Positions 26,725 to 37,236 of a stretch of 64,000 nt of DNA are shown one piece after another. The position numbers were made by a program, and so were the translations under genes. The stretch is from an uncultured Lachnospiraceae bacterium (GTDB taxonomy: Bacteria > Bacillota > Clostridia > Lachnospirales > Lachnospiraceae): NCBI GenBank assembly GCA_947593735.1, contig CANQDT010000009.1:2037-66036 (forward strand). The letters run 5' to 3'. Position 1 is the stretch's first letter; every line of letters begins with the position of its first letter. The notes beneath the pieces were generated by a model, which was given only the letters and a program-made list of their open reading frames with translations, did not search any database and was not told the origin of the DNA.

Positions 26725-27613
26725 TCTTGCTGCGTCCGTGCTGGCACGGCTGAAAAACAAAGCGAAGGAAAGCGGCAGAAGTTATCAGCTGTGTCTGCAG
26801 CTTTTCTGCCAGGAAGAATTTCTGCGCCGTTTGGAAAAGTCCAAATATGCGGATAATCTTGTACTAAAAGGAGGACTGTTTCTCTACTCTCTCACGAATT
26901 ATGACAGCCGCGTTACCGTTGATGTCGATTTCTTGCTTAGAAAGATGCCGAACACCCCTGAACAGCTCAAAGTTGTACTCGAAGGAATCATAGCGACGAA
27001 AACCGGTAATGATTTTATCTCATTTGAAATCATGGACATTTCTCCAATCACTGTTGCCAGGAAGTATGCGGGGATAACCGCGTCTGTTGTTGCCCGTATT
27101 AAAAATACAAAAACACCATTTAGTATTGACTTCGGCGTCGGTGACGTAATCATTCCGAAGCAGGAAAAACGCATAATCCCAACACAGCTTGCGGATTTTG
27201 AGCCGCCGATTGTGAACTCTTATTCGCTGGAAACTACTGTTGCTGAGAAACTGGATGCTATCCTGAGCTTGATGGAATTTTCCAGCCGGATGAAAGATTA
27301 CTATGACATCTATTATCTGGCGCAGAAATTTAATTTCGATGGGGCAACACTCACCGAAGCGCTGAGGAAAACCTTTGAAAACCGAGGACATGCCTTTACG
27401 AAAGAACAGTTTGAGCGAGTCATGGATTTTGGAAATGATATGGAAATGCAAAAAAAGTGGAAATCTTTCTGCCGGAAGATTGAACCAAAAACGGATGATT
27501 ACAAAACCGTGCTGAAAACGATAAAAAGGTTTCTGACTGAGCCATACAAAGCGGCGGTAGAAGAATCCGCTTTTCATTTGAAGTGGTTTGTTGAAAAACA
27601 GAGTTGGGAATAA
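26717..27613 (+). CDS. abiEii: nucleotidyltransferase AbiEii/AbiGii family toxin (DUF1814)
   Basis: GTG start overlaps the abiEi stop. Motifs LARLKNKAKESGRSYQLCLQLFCQEEFLRRL and LVLKGGLFLY...VDVDF are typical of AbiEii. Confidence 0.8.
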   Translation: MADLAASVLARLKNKAKESGRSYQLCLQLFCQEEFLRRLEKSKYADNLVLKGGLFLYSLTNYDSRVTVDVDFLLRKMPNTPEQLKVVLEGIIATKTGNDFISFEIMDISPITVARKYAGITASVVARIKNTKTPFSIDFGVGDVIIPKQEKRIIPTQLADFEPPIVNSYSLETTVAEKLDAILSLMEFSSRMKDYYDIYYLAQKFNFDGATLTEALRKTFENRGHAFTKEQFERVMDFGNDMEMQKKWKSFCRKIEPKTDDYKTVLKTIKRFLTEPYKAAVEESAFHLKWFVEKQSWE

Positions 27614-27693
27614 GGTTTTGACGATATTATGGCATAAAAGAACGGTCATGCCTGCATGAACCGGAATATGATTAGAAACGAGGAAACATGGGT

Positions 27694-30333
27694 ATGAAAA
27701 AAATCGTGTTGATCGACGGCCACAGTATTTTGAACCGTGCTTTTTACGGTCTGCCGGATCTGACCAATCAGGCGGGAGAGCATACGGGCGCCGTACTTGG
27801 ATTTTTGAATATTATTTTGAAATTGCTGGAGGAGGAACAGGCGACGCATCTGATCGTCTCGTTCGACGTCCACGCCCCGACGTTCCGCCATCTGCAATAT
27901 GCGGAATATAAGGGCAACCGGAAGCCGATGCCGGAGGAGCTGCGCCAGCAGGTGCCGCTTATGAAAGACGTCCTCACCGCGATGGGGATCATGATCGTGG
28001 CAAAAGAAGGATATGAAGCGGATGATGTCATTGGAACATTATCCAGAAAGGCGCGCGACACCGGATTTACAGTTACAATCTTATCCGGGGACCGGGATCT
28101 TTTACAGCTTGCGACCGACGATATCCTCGTCCGCATCCCGAAGACAAAGCAGTCCGGCACAACAATCGAGGATTATTACGCGAAGGATGTGGAAGCCGCT
28201 TACGGCGTGGGACCGGTTCCGTTTATCGACCTGAAAGGGCTGATGGGCGACGCGTCCGACAATATCCCAGGCGTGCCCGGGATCGGCGAAAAGACGGCGG
28301 CAAAGATCCTATCGGAGTTTGGGTCGATCGAGAACGCATATGCGCATATCGAGGACGTCACGCCGGCAAGGGCACGGGAAAATCTCCGCGAATATTACGA
28401 TCAGGCGCTGATGAGCCGGGATCTTGCGACGATCCGGCTCGACTGTCCGCTGGAGGTCGATCTGGAAAAAGCAAAGATCGGGCAGATGTTCAACGAACGC
28501 TCCTATCAGATCATGAAACGGCTCGAGTTTAAAAACCTGCTCGCGAAATTTTCAGATGCCGCAAATACCGGGAATCATCCGGTTCCTTGTGAGAGGATCG
28601 ACGATCCCGGGCGGGCGGCGGAGCTTTTCGGGCAGATCGGCAGTGCGTCATGCCTCGGCTTCACGCTTGTCGTCGAGGGCGGGCGGCTTCTTGGCGTGTC
28701 GATCTGTTTTTCCGAGGAAGCGGTATATTATCTTCCGGCGGAGGGCGCTTTGACGGAAGCATATTTGTGCGGGCAGATGACATCGGTTCTCTCTGTTGTT
28801 CCGAAATCATATACCGTTCAGCTGAAACCGATGCTTTCTTTTCTGAACGGCATCGGGGATACGGCGCCGGTACTTGATCTGGAGCTGGCGGCTTATCTTT
28901 GCAATCCGCTCAAAAGCACATATTCTTATGATGATCTCGCGCGGGATTATCTGATGATGACGATTCCGTCCAGGGAGGAAAGCATCGGAAAAGGATCGCT
29001 CTCGGACGCTTTCCGGGAACGGCAGGAGCAGGCGCTCCAGGTCGTCGGCTATATGGCATGGATTCCTTATCTTGCCGGGAAAAAGATGGAGGAAGAGCTG
29101 GAAAACCGTCATATGGATGCCCTGTTCCGCGAGATCGAAATGCCGACGCTGTATACGCTGTTTGATATGGAGCAGAGAGGGATCAAGGTCAACCGGGACG
29201 AACTGCGGGAATACGGCAAGCGGCTTTCCAAAGGGATCGCGTCGCTGGAAGCGTCGATTTATGAACAGGCGGGCGAAACGTTCAATATCAATTCTCCGAA
29301 ACAGCTTGGGGAGATCCTGTTTTCCAGGCTCGGGCTTCCCGGCTCGAAAAAAACAAAAACCGGATATTCCACAAACGCGGATATTCTGGAACGGCTTAAG
29401 GGTGAATATCCGATCGTCAGCGATATCCTGGAATACCGCGCGCTGACAAAGCTGAGATCGACGTACGCGGAAGGGCTGGACGCTTTTATCGGCGAATCCG
29501 ACCAGAGGATCCACAGCAAGTTCCATCAGACGATCACGGCGACCGGACGGCTGAGCAGCACGGATCCCAATCTGCAGAACATCCCGATCCGGACGCCGCT
29601 TGGCAGGGAAATCCGAAAAGTCTTCATCCCGGAGGACGGCTATGTCTTTGTCGACGCGGATTACTCCCAGATCGAACTGCGCGTTCTGGCGCATATGTCC
29701 GGGGACGAGACGATGATCCGGGCGTTTCGGGACGGGACGGATATCCATGCGGTGACGGCTTCCCAGGTATTCCATGTCCCGCCTGACGAGGTTACACCGC
29801 TGCAGCGGAGAAACGCGAAAGCGGTCAATTTCGGTATCGTATACGGGATCAGCGCGTTCGGACTCAGCCAGGATCTGAATATCTCAAGGAAAGAGGCGGC
29901 GGATTATATCGACCAGTATTTCGCGACATACGGGAAAGTCCGGGATTTTCTGGACCGACTCGTAAAAGAAGCGAAAGAAACCGGAAGCGTTTCAACGATG
30001 TTTGGGCGGATCCGTCCGATCCCGGAGCTGAAATCCAGCAACTTTATGCAGAGAAGCTTTGGCGAACGCGCGGCGATGAATTCGCCGATCCAGGGAACGG
30101 CGGCGGATATCATAAAAATCGCGATGACCGGCGTGAACCGGCGTTTAAAGGAAAAGAAGATGAAGTCGCGGCTGCTTCTGCAGATCCATGATGAACTGTT
30201 GGTCGAAGCGCATGAGACGGAAGTCGATGCCGTCAGAGAAGTGCTGCGGGATGAAATGATGGGCGTCGCCGAACTTGCCGTTCCGCTGTCGGTGGATATC
30301 CATACCGGTTCCAGCTGGTATGAAGCCAAGTGA
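27694..30333 (+). CDS. polA: DNA polymerase I
   Basis: ATG at 27694 lies 8 nt after AGGAA; the ATG at 27688 is too close to the RBS. 5'-nuclease N-terminus (LIDGHSILNRAFY). Pol motifs DYSQIELRVLAH, RRNAKAVNFGIVYG and LLLQIHDELLVE. Confidence 0.95.
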   Translation: MKKIVLIDGHSILNRAFYGLPDLTNQAGEHTGAVLGFLNIILKLLEEEQATHLIVSFDVHAPTFRHLQYAEYKGNRKPMPEELRQQVPLMKDVLTAMGIMIVAKEGYEADDVIGTLSRKARDTGFTVTILSGDRDLLQLATDDILVRIPKTKQSGTTIEDYYAKDVEAAYGVGPVPFIDLKGLMGDASDNIPGVPGIGEKTAAKILSEFGSIENAYAHIEDVTPARARENLREYYDQALMSRDLATIRLDCPLEVDLEKAKIGQMFNERSYQIMKRLEFKNLLAKFSDAANTGNHPVPCERIDDPGRAAELFGQIGSASCLGFTLVVEGGRLLGVSICFSEEAVYYLPAEGALTEAYLCGQMTSVLSVVPKSYTVQLKPMLSFLNGIGDTAPVLDLELAAYLCNPLKSTYSYDDLARDYLMMTIPSREESIGKGSLSDAFRERQEQALQVVGYMAWIPYLAGKKMEEELENRHMDALFREIEMPTLYTLFDMEQRGIKVNRDELREYGKRLSKGIASLEASIYEQAGETFNINSPKQLGEILFSRLGLPGSKKTKTGYSTNADILERLKGEYPIVSDILEYRALTKLRSTYAEGLDAFIGESDQRIHSKFHQTITATGRLSSTDPNLQNIPIRTPLGREIRKVFIPEDGYVFVDADYSQIELRVLAHMSGDETMIRAFRDGTDIHAVTASQVFHVPPDEVTPLQRRNAKAVNFGIVYGISAFGLSQDLNISRKEAADYIDQYFATYGKVRDFLDRLVKEAKETGSVSTMFGRIRPIPELKSSNFMQRSFGERAAMNSPIQGTAADIIKIAMTGVNRRLKEKKMKSRLLLQIHDELLVEAHETEVDAVREVLRDEMMGVAELAVPLSVDIHTGSSWYEAK

Positions 30334-30352
30334 CGCGGACGGGAGGAAAGAG

Positions 30353-30928
30353 ATGAAGATTATCGGTCTGACCGGAGGGATCGGTTCCGGGAAAAGCACA
30401 GTCCTCCGGCTGCTGGAGGAACATTTTCATTGTTATACGATCCAGCTGGACGAGGTGGCGCATGAACTTACGAAGCCGGGAAATGTATGCTACGACCCGG
30501 TCCGAGCGCTTTTTGGCGATGAGATTCTTGCGGAGAACGGAGAGATCGACCGGAAGAAGCTCGCGGGAATCGTTTTTTCCGATAAGGAAAAGCTGGATAA
30601 GCTGAACTGGATCGTCCATCCGGCTGTCAAACAGGAAATTCTGGCGAGGATATCAGAACAGAAAGGCAAAAACAGATATCCGGCGTTTGTTATGGAAGCG
30701 GCGCTGCTGATCGAGGACCACTATGACGAGATCTGCGATGAAATCTGGTACGTATACGCGGATCCGGAAACGCGGATCCGTCGCCTGATGGATTCCAGAG
30801 GGTATTCCAGAGAAAAAGCGCTGGCGGTCATGGAAAACCAGATGCCGGACGCGGAATACCGGAAGCATTATCAAAGGATCATAGACAATAGCGGGGAATT
30901 GTGTTATACTGACTTGAGATTTTTGTAA
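30353..30928 (+). CDS. coaE: dephospho-CoA kinase
   Basis: ATG at 30353 follows GGGAGGA (30341-30347). P-loop GLTGGIGSGKST. Confidence 0.9.
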   Translation: MKIIGLTGGIGSGKSTVLRLLEEHFHCYTIQLDEVAHELTKPGNVCYDPVRALFGDEILAENGEIDRKKLAGIVFSDKEKLDKLNWIVHPAVKQEILARISEQKGKNRYPAFVMEAALLIEDHYDEICDEIWYVYADPETRIRRLMDSRGYSREKALAVMENQMPDAEYRKHYQRIIDNSGELCYTDLRFL

Positions 30929-30942
30929 AAGGATGAGAATTT

Positions 30943-31740
30943 ATGCGATTAACCAGCATTGCCAGCGGAAGCAGCGGTAATTGCATTTACGTTGGTTCAG
31001 AAAATACGCATCTGCTGATCGACAGCGGCGTCAGCGGGAAAAGGATCGAGCAGGGCTTATCGTCGCTTTCCGTATCCCCGGAGGACTTATCCGGGATCCT
31101 TGTGACGCATGAGCACACGGATCATATTCAGGGGCTGGGCGTGATGGCAAGGCGATACCATCTGCCGGTTTACATGACCGAGAAAACGGGACAGTGTATT
31201 CTGGAAACACAGAATCTTGGGAACCTGGATCCCGGCCTTTTTCAGTATATCACCCCGGAACAGGAATTTAAGGTCGGCGATCTTGCCGTGGACGCGCACG
31301 CGATCTGGCACGACGCCGCCGATCCGGTCTGCTATACGGTGAGGGACGGCGACACCAAAGCGAGTATCGTGACAGACCTCGGCGATTACAGCGACGAACT
31401 GGTGGACAGCCTGAGAGACTGCAGCATCCTTTTTATCGAGGCGAATCATGACCAGCGGATGCTGGAGGCTGGACCCTATCCCTATCCGTTAAAGCAGCGG
31501 ATTATGGGGCGGTACGGGCATCTGTCCAACGACAGCTGCGGCACATGTATCCGGGAATTGACCGGCGACCGGCTGCAGTATGTCATACTTGGACATCTGA
31601 GTAAGGAGAACAATTTTCCGGAACTCGCCTATGAGACGGTCCGTCTTTCGCTTGGCGGCGGGGAATCGTCCGCGCTGGAACATATACAATTACAGGTGGC
31701 GTACCGCGACCGGGTTTCGCCGGTTGCCGTCGCCCGATAG
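30943..31740 (+). CDS. MBL-fold metallo-hydrolase
   Basis: HEHTDHIQG metal-binding motif; YycJ-like length. Confidence 0.8.
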   Translation: MRLTSIASGSSGNCIYVGSENTHLLIDSGVSGKRIEQGLSSLSVSPEDLSGILVTHEHTDHIQGLGVMARRYHLPVYMTEKTGQCILETQNLGNLDPGLFQYITPEQEFKVGDLAVDAHAIWHDAADPVCYTVRDGDTKASIVTDLGDYSDELVDSLRDCSILFIEANHDQRMLEAGPYPYPLKQRIMGRYGHLSNDSCGTCIRELTGDRLQYVILGHLSKENNFPELAYETVRLSLGGGESSALEHIQLQVAYRDRVSPVAVAR

Positions 31741-31755
31741 AATCAGGAGGACAGG

Positions 31756-32028
31756 ATGAAAAAAATCGTGATCACGGTTGTAGGAAAGGACCGGGTAGGG
31801 ATCATTGCGAAAACATGCAATTATCTGGCGGAGAATGATATCAATATTCTGGATATCTCCCAGACGATCGTAGACGGATATTTTAATATGATGATGGTCG
31901 CGGAGTGGGATCCGGGGGAAAAGAGCTTTCCCGTCATGCAGGGAGAACTGGAACGCGTCGGGGCGGAGATCGGCGTTGTGATCCAGACGCAGCTCGCCGA
32001 TATTTTTGACAAAATGCACCGGATATAA
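31756..32028 (+). CDS. ACT domain protein (UPF0237 family)
   Basis: AGGAGG precedes the ATG. VITVVGKDRVGIIAKTCNYLAENDINILDISQT is a classic ACT fold signature. Confidence 0.85.
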   Translation: MKKIVITVVGKDRVGIIAKTCNYLAENDINILDISQTIVDGYFNMMMVAEWDPGEKSFPVMQGELERVGAEIGVVIQTQLADIFDKMHRI

Positions 32029-32046
32029 AGGAGAAAGACTGCCGAT

Positions 32047-33411
32047 ATGATCAATATTCAGGAAGTACTGGAAACAAACCGCATGATCCACGAGCTGAAT
32101 CTGGACGTGAGGACCATCACGATGGGGATCAGCCTGCTGGACTGCAACGCGTCGGACGCCGCTGGGTTATGCGATAAGATCTATGATAAAATAACGACGC
32201 GCGCCCGCGATCTGGTTCGGACCGGGGAAGAGATCGAACGGGAATTTGGGATCCCGATCGTCAATAAGAGAATCTCCCTGACGCCGATCGCCCTTGCCGG
32301 CGCCGGCGTCTGCAGGACGGAGGACGATTATGTGGAGATCGCCCGCGCGATCGACCGCGCCGCCCATACGGTCGGAGTGAATTTTATCGGCGGATATTCC
32401 GCCCTGGTAAGCAAAGGGATGACGCATGCGGACGAATGTCTGATCCGCTCGATCCCCATGGCGCTCTCGGAGACGGAGCGCGTATGCAGCTCCGTCAATG
32501 TCGGTTCAACCAAGACCGGGATCAATATGGACGCTGTTCGACTGATCGGTGAAATTTTGCTGGAAACGGCGGAGCGGACGAAAGAACAGGATTCCATCGG
32601 CTGCGCGAAATTTGTCGTTTTCTGCAATGCGCCGGACGATAATCCGTTTATGGCTGGCGCGTTCCACGGCGTGACGGAAGCGGATACGGTGATCAATGTC
32701 GGCGTCAGCGGACCGGGAGTCGTAAAAAAGGCGATCGAAGCCGCGCGGGGCAAGGATTTTGAAACACTGTGCGAGACGATCAAGAAAACCGCGTTTAAGA
32801 TCACGCGCGTCGGACAGCTCGTCGCGCAGGAAGCGTCAAAGCGTCTCCATGTCCCGTTCGGGATCATCGACCTGTCCCTGGCGCCGACGCCGGCGCGGGG
32901 AGACAGCGTAGGAGAGATCCTGGAGGAGATCGGGCTGGAATACGCGGGCGCGCCCGGAACGACCGCGGCGCTCGCGCTGCTGAACGACCAGGTAAAGAAA
33001 GGCGGCGTTATGGCGTCCTCTTATGTGGGCGGGCTGAGCGGCGCGTTTATCCCTGTGAGCGAAGATCAGAGAATGATCCGCGCCGTGGAAGCGGGCGCGC
33101 TGTCTCTGGAAAAGCTCGAAGCAATGACTTGTGTTTGTTCGGTCGGCTTGGATATGATCGCCGTGCCGGGAAATACAAAGGCGTCCACGCTCTCCGGCGT
33201 GATTGCGGATGAGATGGCGCTGGGAATGATCAATCAGAAGACAACGGCGGTCCGCCTGATCCCGGTGATCGGGAAGGACGTCGGGGACACCGTCGAGTTT
33301 GGCGGTCTGCTCGGTTACGCGCCGGTCATGCCGGTCAATCCGTTTTCCTGCGACGCGTTCATCAGCCGGAAGGGACGGATACCGGCGCCGATCCACAGTT
33401 TTAAGAATTAG
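32047..33411 (+). CDS. PFL-like UPF0210 (DUF711) family protein
   Basis: N-terminus [27 protein letters not shown]. Shows the conserved pairing with the upstream ACT gene. Confidence 0.8.
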   Translation: MINIQEVLETNRMIHELNLDVRTITMGISLLDCNASDAAGLCDKIYDKITTRARDLVRTGEEIEREFGIPIVNKRISLTPIALAGAGVCRTEDDYVEIARAIDRAAHTVGVNFIGGYSALVSKGMTHADECLIRSIPMALSETERVCSSVNVGSTKTGINMDAVRLIGEILLETAERTKEQDSIGCAKFVVFCNAPDDNPFMAGAFHGVTEADTVINVGVSGPGVVKKAIEAARGKDFETLCETIKKTAFKITRVGQLVAQEASKRLHVPFGIIDLSLAPTPARGDSVGEILEEIGLEYAGAPGTTAALALLNDQVKKGGVMASSYVGGLSGAFIPVSEDQRMIRAVEAGALSLEKLEAMTCVCSVGLDMIAVPGNTKASTLSGVIADEMALGMINQKTTAVRLIPVIGKDVGDTVEFGGLLGYAPVMPVNPFSCDAFISRKGRIPAPIHSFKN

Positions 33412-33425
33412 GAGTAATATGAGAA

Positions 33426-34652
33426 ATGGAAAATGTATATGACGTATTAAAAGAGAGAGGATTTCTGGCTCAGGAGACGCACGAGGAGATCCGGGACATC
33501 CTTGGGAAAGAAAAAGTAACCTTTTATATCGGGTTTGACGCGACGGCGGACAGCCTGACCGCCGGACATTTCCTGACTGTGATGGCGATGATGCATATGC
33601 AGAAACACGGGCACCGCCCGATCGTTCTGCTCGGAGGCGGGACGACGATGATCGGCGATCCTTCCGGCAGGACGGATATGCGGAATATGCTGACGGCTGA
33701 GACGATCCAGCGCAATGCGGACCGGTTCCGGGAGCAGCTGTCCCGGTTTATCACATTTGACAATGACCGCGCCATTATCGACAACAACGCGAACTGGCTG
33801 ATGGATCTCGGCTATATTGATTTTATCCGGGAAGTCGGGGTTCATTTTTCTGTCAACAAGATGCTGACCGCGGAATGTTACCGGCAGCGCATGGAGAAGG
33901 GGCTGACCTTTTTTGAATTTAACTATATGCTGATGCAGGCATATGATTTTCTTGTGCTGAACCGGAAGTACGGCTGTTCCCTGGAAATGGGAGGGAACGA
34001 CCAGTGGTCGAATATTCTGGCAGGCGCCGACCTGATCCGGAGAAAAGAACAGAAACCGGCGTTTGGCCTCACGCTGACCCTGCTCACGACGAGCGACGGG
34101 AAAAAGATGGGGAAAACGCAAAAGGGCGCGGTATGGCTTGACCCAGATAAGACGTCCCCGTATGACTTTTACCAATACTGGAGGAATACGGAAGATTCCA
34201 AAGTGGAAGAATGCCTCGGTCTCTTGACGTTCCTGCCGATGGAGGAAGTCCGCCGGCTGGGCGCTCTGGAAGGGGCGAAGATCAATGAGGCGAAAGAAGT
34301 CCTGGCTTATGAGATCACACGGATCGTCCATGGCGAGGAGGAGGCGAAGAAAGCGCAGGAAGGAGCGCGCGCGCTGTTTGCCGGCGCGGGGGAAAGCTCC
34401 AATATCCCGACGTATTCGTATGATAAGGCGCGCCTGGAGGATGGGATCGACTTGATCACCGTACTCGTGGATACCGGAATGTGTAGTTCCCGCGGGGATG
34501 CGCGCCGGACCATCCAGCAGGGCGGCGTGTCCGTCAACGATACGAAGATCTCCGATATCGACCATGTGATTTCCGCGGCGGATGAAAAAGAGCAGAGCGG
34601 TATCCTGATCAGAAAAGGAAAGAAAAGTTTTTACAGGATCATGGGGAAATAA
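33426..34652 (+). CDS. tyrS: tyrosine--tRNA ligase
   Basis: [17 protein letters not shown] (HIGH region), KMGKT (KMSKS region), and a C-terminal S4-like domain ([15 protein letters not shown]). Confidence 0.93.
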   Translation: MENVYDVLKERGFLAQETHEEIRDILGKEKVTFYIGFDATADSLTAGHFLTVMAMMHMQKHGHRPIVLLGGGTTMIGDPSGRTDMRNMLTAETIQRNADRFREQLSRFITFDNDRAIIDNNANWLMDLGYIDFIREVGVHFSVNKMLTAECYRQRMEKGLTFFEFNYMLMQAYDFLVLNRKYGCSLEMGGNDQWSNILAGADLIRRKEQKPAFGLTLTLLTTSDGKKMGKTQKGAVWLDPDKTSPYDFYQYWRNTEDSKVEECLGLLTFLPMEEVRRLGALEGAKINEAKEVLAYEITRIVHGEEEAKKAQEGARALFAGAGESSNIPTYSYDKARLEDGIDLITVLVDTGMCSSRGDARRTIQQGGVSVNDTKISDIDHVISAADEKEQSGILIRKGKKSFYRIMGK

Positions 34653-34658
34653 AATACG

Positions 34659-36524
34659 ATGAATACATTGGCTCTTTCTCATGAAATATTGATGTCGATC
34701 GAAAAACCGGCGCGCTATATCGGACATGAGATCAACAGCGTGCGGAAGGACCCGACCAAAGTGGACGTGCGGTTCGCCATGTGTTTTCCGGACGTATATG
34801 AAATCGGGATGTCCCATCTCGGGATCCAGATCATTTATGATATGCTGAACCGGCGCGACGACGTATTCTGCGAGCGCGTCTATTCGCCGTGGCTCGATCT
34901 GGACGCGATCATGCGGGAGAAGGGGATCCCCCTTTTCGCGCTGGAAAGCCAGACGCCGGTAAAAGAGTTTGATTTTCTCGGAATTACGATCCAGTATGAA
35001 ATGTGTTATACCAATATCCTGCAAATTTTGGATCTGTCCGGGATCCCGATCTGCGCGAAAGACCGGACGGAATCGGATCCGATCGTGATCGGCGGCGGGC
35101 CGTGTACCTACAACCCGGAACCGCTGGCGGATTTTTTCGACCTGTTTTATATCGGGGAAGGAGAGACGGAATATTATCATCTGATCGACCTGTACAAAAA
35201 AAACCAGCGGGACGGCGGTTCCAGGAAGGATTTTCTGGAAAAAGCGGCCGCTGTGCCGGGAATGTATGTGCCGTCGCTGTATGACGTCCTGTATCATCCG
35301 GACGGAACGATCATGGAAATGCGTCCGAACCATCCGAACGCTCCGGAAAAAGTACGGCGGCAGGTCGTTGTCGATGTGACGGATACATTTTATCCGGAAG
35401 CGCCGGTCGTCCCTTATATCAAAGCAACCCAGGACCGGGTCGTGCTGGAGATCCAGAGAGGCTGTATCCGCGGCTGCCGGTTCTGTCAGGCGGGGCAGGT
35501 CTACCGGCCCGTACGGGAGCGCGATGTGGAGATGCTGAAATCATGCGCCGCCGCGATGCTCGCCAATACGGGGCATGAGGAAATATCGCTCAGCTCGTTA
35601 AGCTCAAGCGATTATTCTTCCCTGAAAGAGCTGACCTATTACCTGATCGACGTATGTAGGGAAAAAAGAGTGAATATCTCTCTGCCGTCCCTCCGGATCG
35701 ACGCGTTTTCCCTCGATGTGATGAGCAAAGTACAGGATGTGCGGAAGGGAAGCATGACGTTTGCGCCGGAAGCCGGTTCGCAGAGGATGCGCGACGTGAT
35801 CAACAAAGGGCTGACCGAAGAAGATATCTTAAACGGCGCGATGGAAGCGTTCCGCGGCGGATGGCAAAAAGTGAAATTATATTTTATGCTCGGGCTTCCC
35901 GGCGAGACGGAGGAGGATATCCGGGGAATCGCGTATCTGTCCGACGCGATCGCCAGACAGTATTATTCGATCCCGAAGGAACAGCGCAACGGCCGGTGCG
36001 CGATCACCGCGAGCGCGTCGTTTTTTGTTCCGAAACCGTTTACGCCGCTCCAGTGGGCGCCCATGAGCGATTACAAAACATATATGGACAAAGCGCATAT
36101 CGTAAACGACTGCATGAAGGAACAGCTTAACCGGAAAAGCATCCGGTTCCAGTGGCATGACGCGAAAACAACCATTCTGGAGGGCGTCCTTGCCAGGGGG
36201 GACCGGCGATTATGCCGCGTGATCTACGACGCGTACCGCGCCGGATGCCTGTATGACGCATGGACGGAATATTTTGATTATGACAAATGGATGCGCGCGT
36301 TTGACGCGAACGGGATCGACATTTCATTCTATACGACAAGAAAGAGGGAACTGGATGAACGGTTCCCATGGGATTTTATTGATATTGGCGTGACGAAGCA
36401 GTTCCTGCAGCGGGAGTGGAAGCGCTCGCTCGCGGGAGAGACGACGCCGAACTGCCGGGCACAGTGTTCCGGCTGCGGCGCTTCCGTATACGGAGGAGGG
36501 GTCTGTTATGAAAGTAAGGATTAA
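34659..36524 (+). CDS. B12-binding-domain radical SAM protein (TIGR03960-like)
   Basis: N-terminus SIEKPARYIGHEINS. Radical SAM cysteine cluster CIRGCRFCQAG. Confidence 0.8.
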   Translation: MNTLALSHEILMSIEKPARYIGHEINSVRKDPTKVDVRFAMCFPDVYEIGMSHLGIQIIYDMLNRRDDVFCERVYSPWLDLDAIMREKGIPLFALESQTPVKEFDFLGITIQYEMCYTNILQILDLSGIPICAKDRTESDPIVIGGGPCTYNPEPLADFFDLFYIGEGETEYYHLIDLYKKNQRDGGSRKDFLEKAAAVPGMYVPSLYDVLYHPDGTIMEMRPNHPNAPEKVRRQVVVDVTDTFYPEAPVVPYIKATQDRVVLEIQRGCIRGCRFCQAGQVYRPVRERDVEMLKSCAAAMLANTGHEEISLSSLSSSDYSSLKELTYYLIDVCREKRVNISLPSLRIDAFSLDVMSKVQDVRKGSMTFAPEAGSQRMRDVINKGLTEEDILNGAMEAFRGGWQKVKLYFMLGLPGETEEDIRGIAYLSDAIARQYYSIPKEQRNGRCAITASASFFVPKPFTPLQWAPMSDYKTYMDKAHIVNDCMKEQLNRKSIRFQWHDAKTTILEGVLARGDRRLCRVIYDAYRAGCLYDAWTEYFDYDKWMRAFDANGIDISFYTTRKRELDERFPWDFIDIGVTKQFLQREWKRSLAGETTPNCRAQCSGCGASVYGGGVCYESKD

Positions 36525-37236
36525 GTTTACAAAAACAGGTCCCATGCAATATGTCGGCCATCTGGATTTACTCCGGTATTTTCAGAAAGCGTTTCGCCGC
36601 GCCGGAGTTGACATCGCGTATTCGTCCGGATACCGTCCGCACCAGATCGTTTCGTTCGCTTCGCCGCTCGGGATCGGGCTGACCAGCGAGGGAGAATATA
36701 TGGACGCGCAGTTTGTCACGGTCGACGACAGCCAGACGATGATCGACCGGCTGAACGCGGTCATGGCGGAGGGGATCCGGATCACGCAGTTCCTTGTCCT
36801 GGATGAGAAGGAACGTAACGCGATGGCGAGCGTGGCGGGAGCGGATTATCGCGTCACGGTTCGGCAGGGCTATTATGAATTGGTCGATTTTTCCGACTTC
36901 TGCGGGGAATTTCTCCGGCAGGATGCCATTTTTGTTACAAAAAAAACGAAAAAAGGGGAGAAGGACGAGGATATCCGACCGTATATCTATGAAATGCGCG
37001 GGACCGCGGAGGGGCTCTATCTGCTGCTTTGCGCCGGCAGCAGCCACAATCTGAAGCCGGAGACGGTCATGGAGGCGTTTTGCGCGTTCCTGCATATGCC
37101 GTATGAAACGTTCGGGTTCCGGATCCACCGCCTGGATACGTATCTGCAGGATGACCCTGATGATATTACAACATTACGCCCGTTGGGAGCGGTAGGACAT
37201 GAAGCAAAGACTGATCATTACGAAACAAAAGAATAA
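36508..37236 (+). CDS. radical SAM-associated protein (TIGR03936/DUF2344-like)
   Basis: GGAGGAGGG precedes the ATG. N-terminus MKVRIKFTKTGPMQYVGHLDLLRYFQKAFRRAG. Overlaps the upstream radical SAM gene by 17 nt. Confidence 0.75.
   Translation: MKVRIKFTKTGPMQYVGHLDLLRYFQKAFRRAGVDIAYSSGYRPHQIVSFASPLGIGLTSEGEYMDAQFVTVDDSQTMIDRLNAVMAEGIRITQFLVLDEKERNAMASVAGADYRVTVRQGYYELVDFSDFCGEFLRQDAIFVTKKTKKGEKDEDIRPYIYEMRGTAEGLYLLLCAGSSHNLKPETVMEAFCAFLHMPYETFGFRIHRLDTYLQDDPDDITTLRPLGAVGHEAKTDHYETKE

Noticed and set aside
33447-35333. 628-aa ORF antisense to tyrS and the radical SAM gene
   Set aside because: It spans two independent sense genes and their intergenic spacer, which a real gene would not do. Its composition is Arg/His/Pro-rich.
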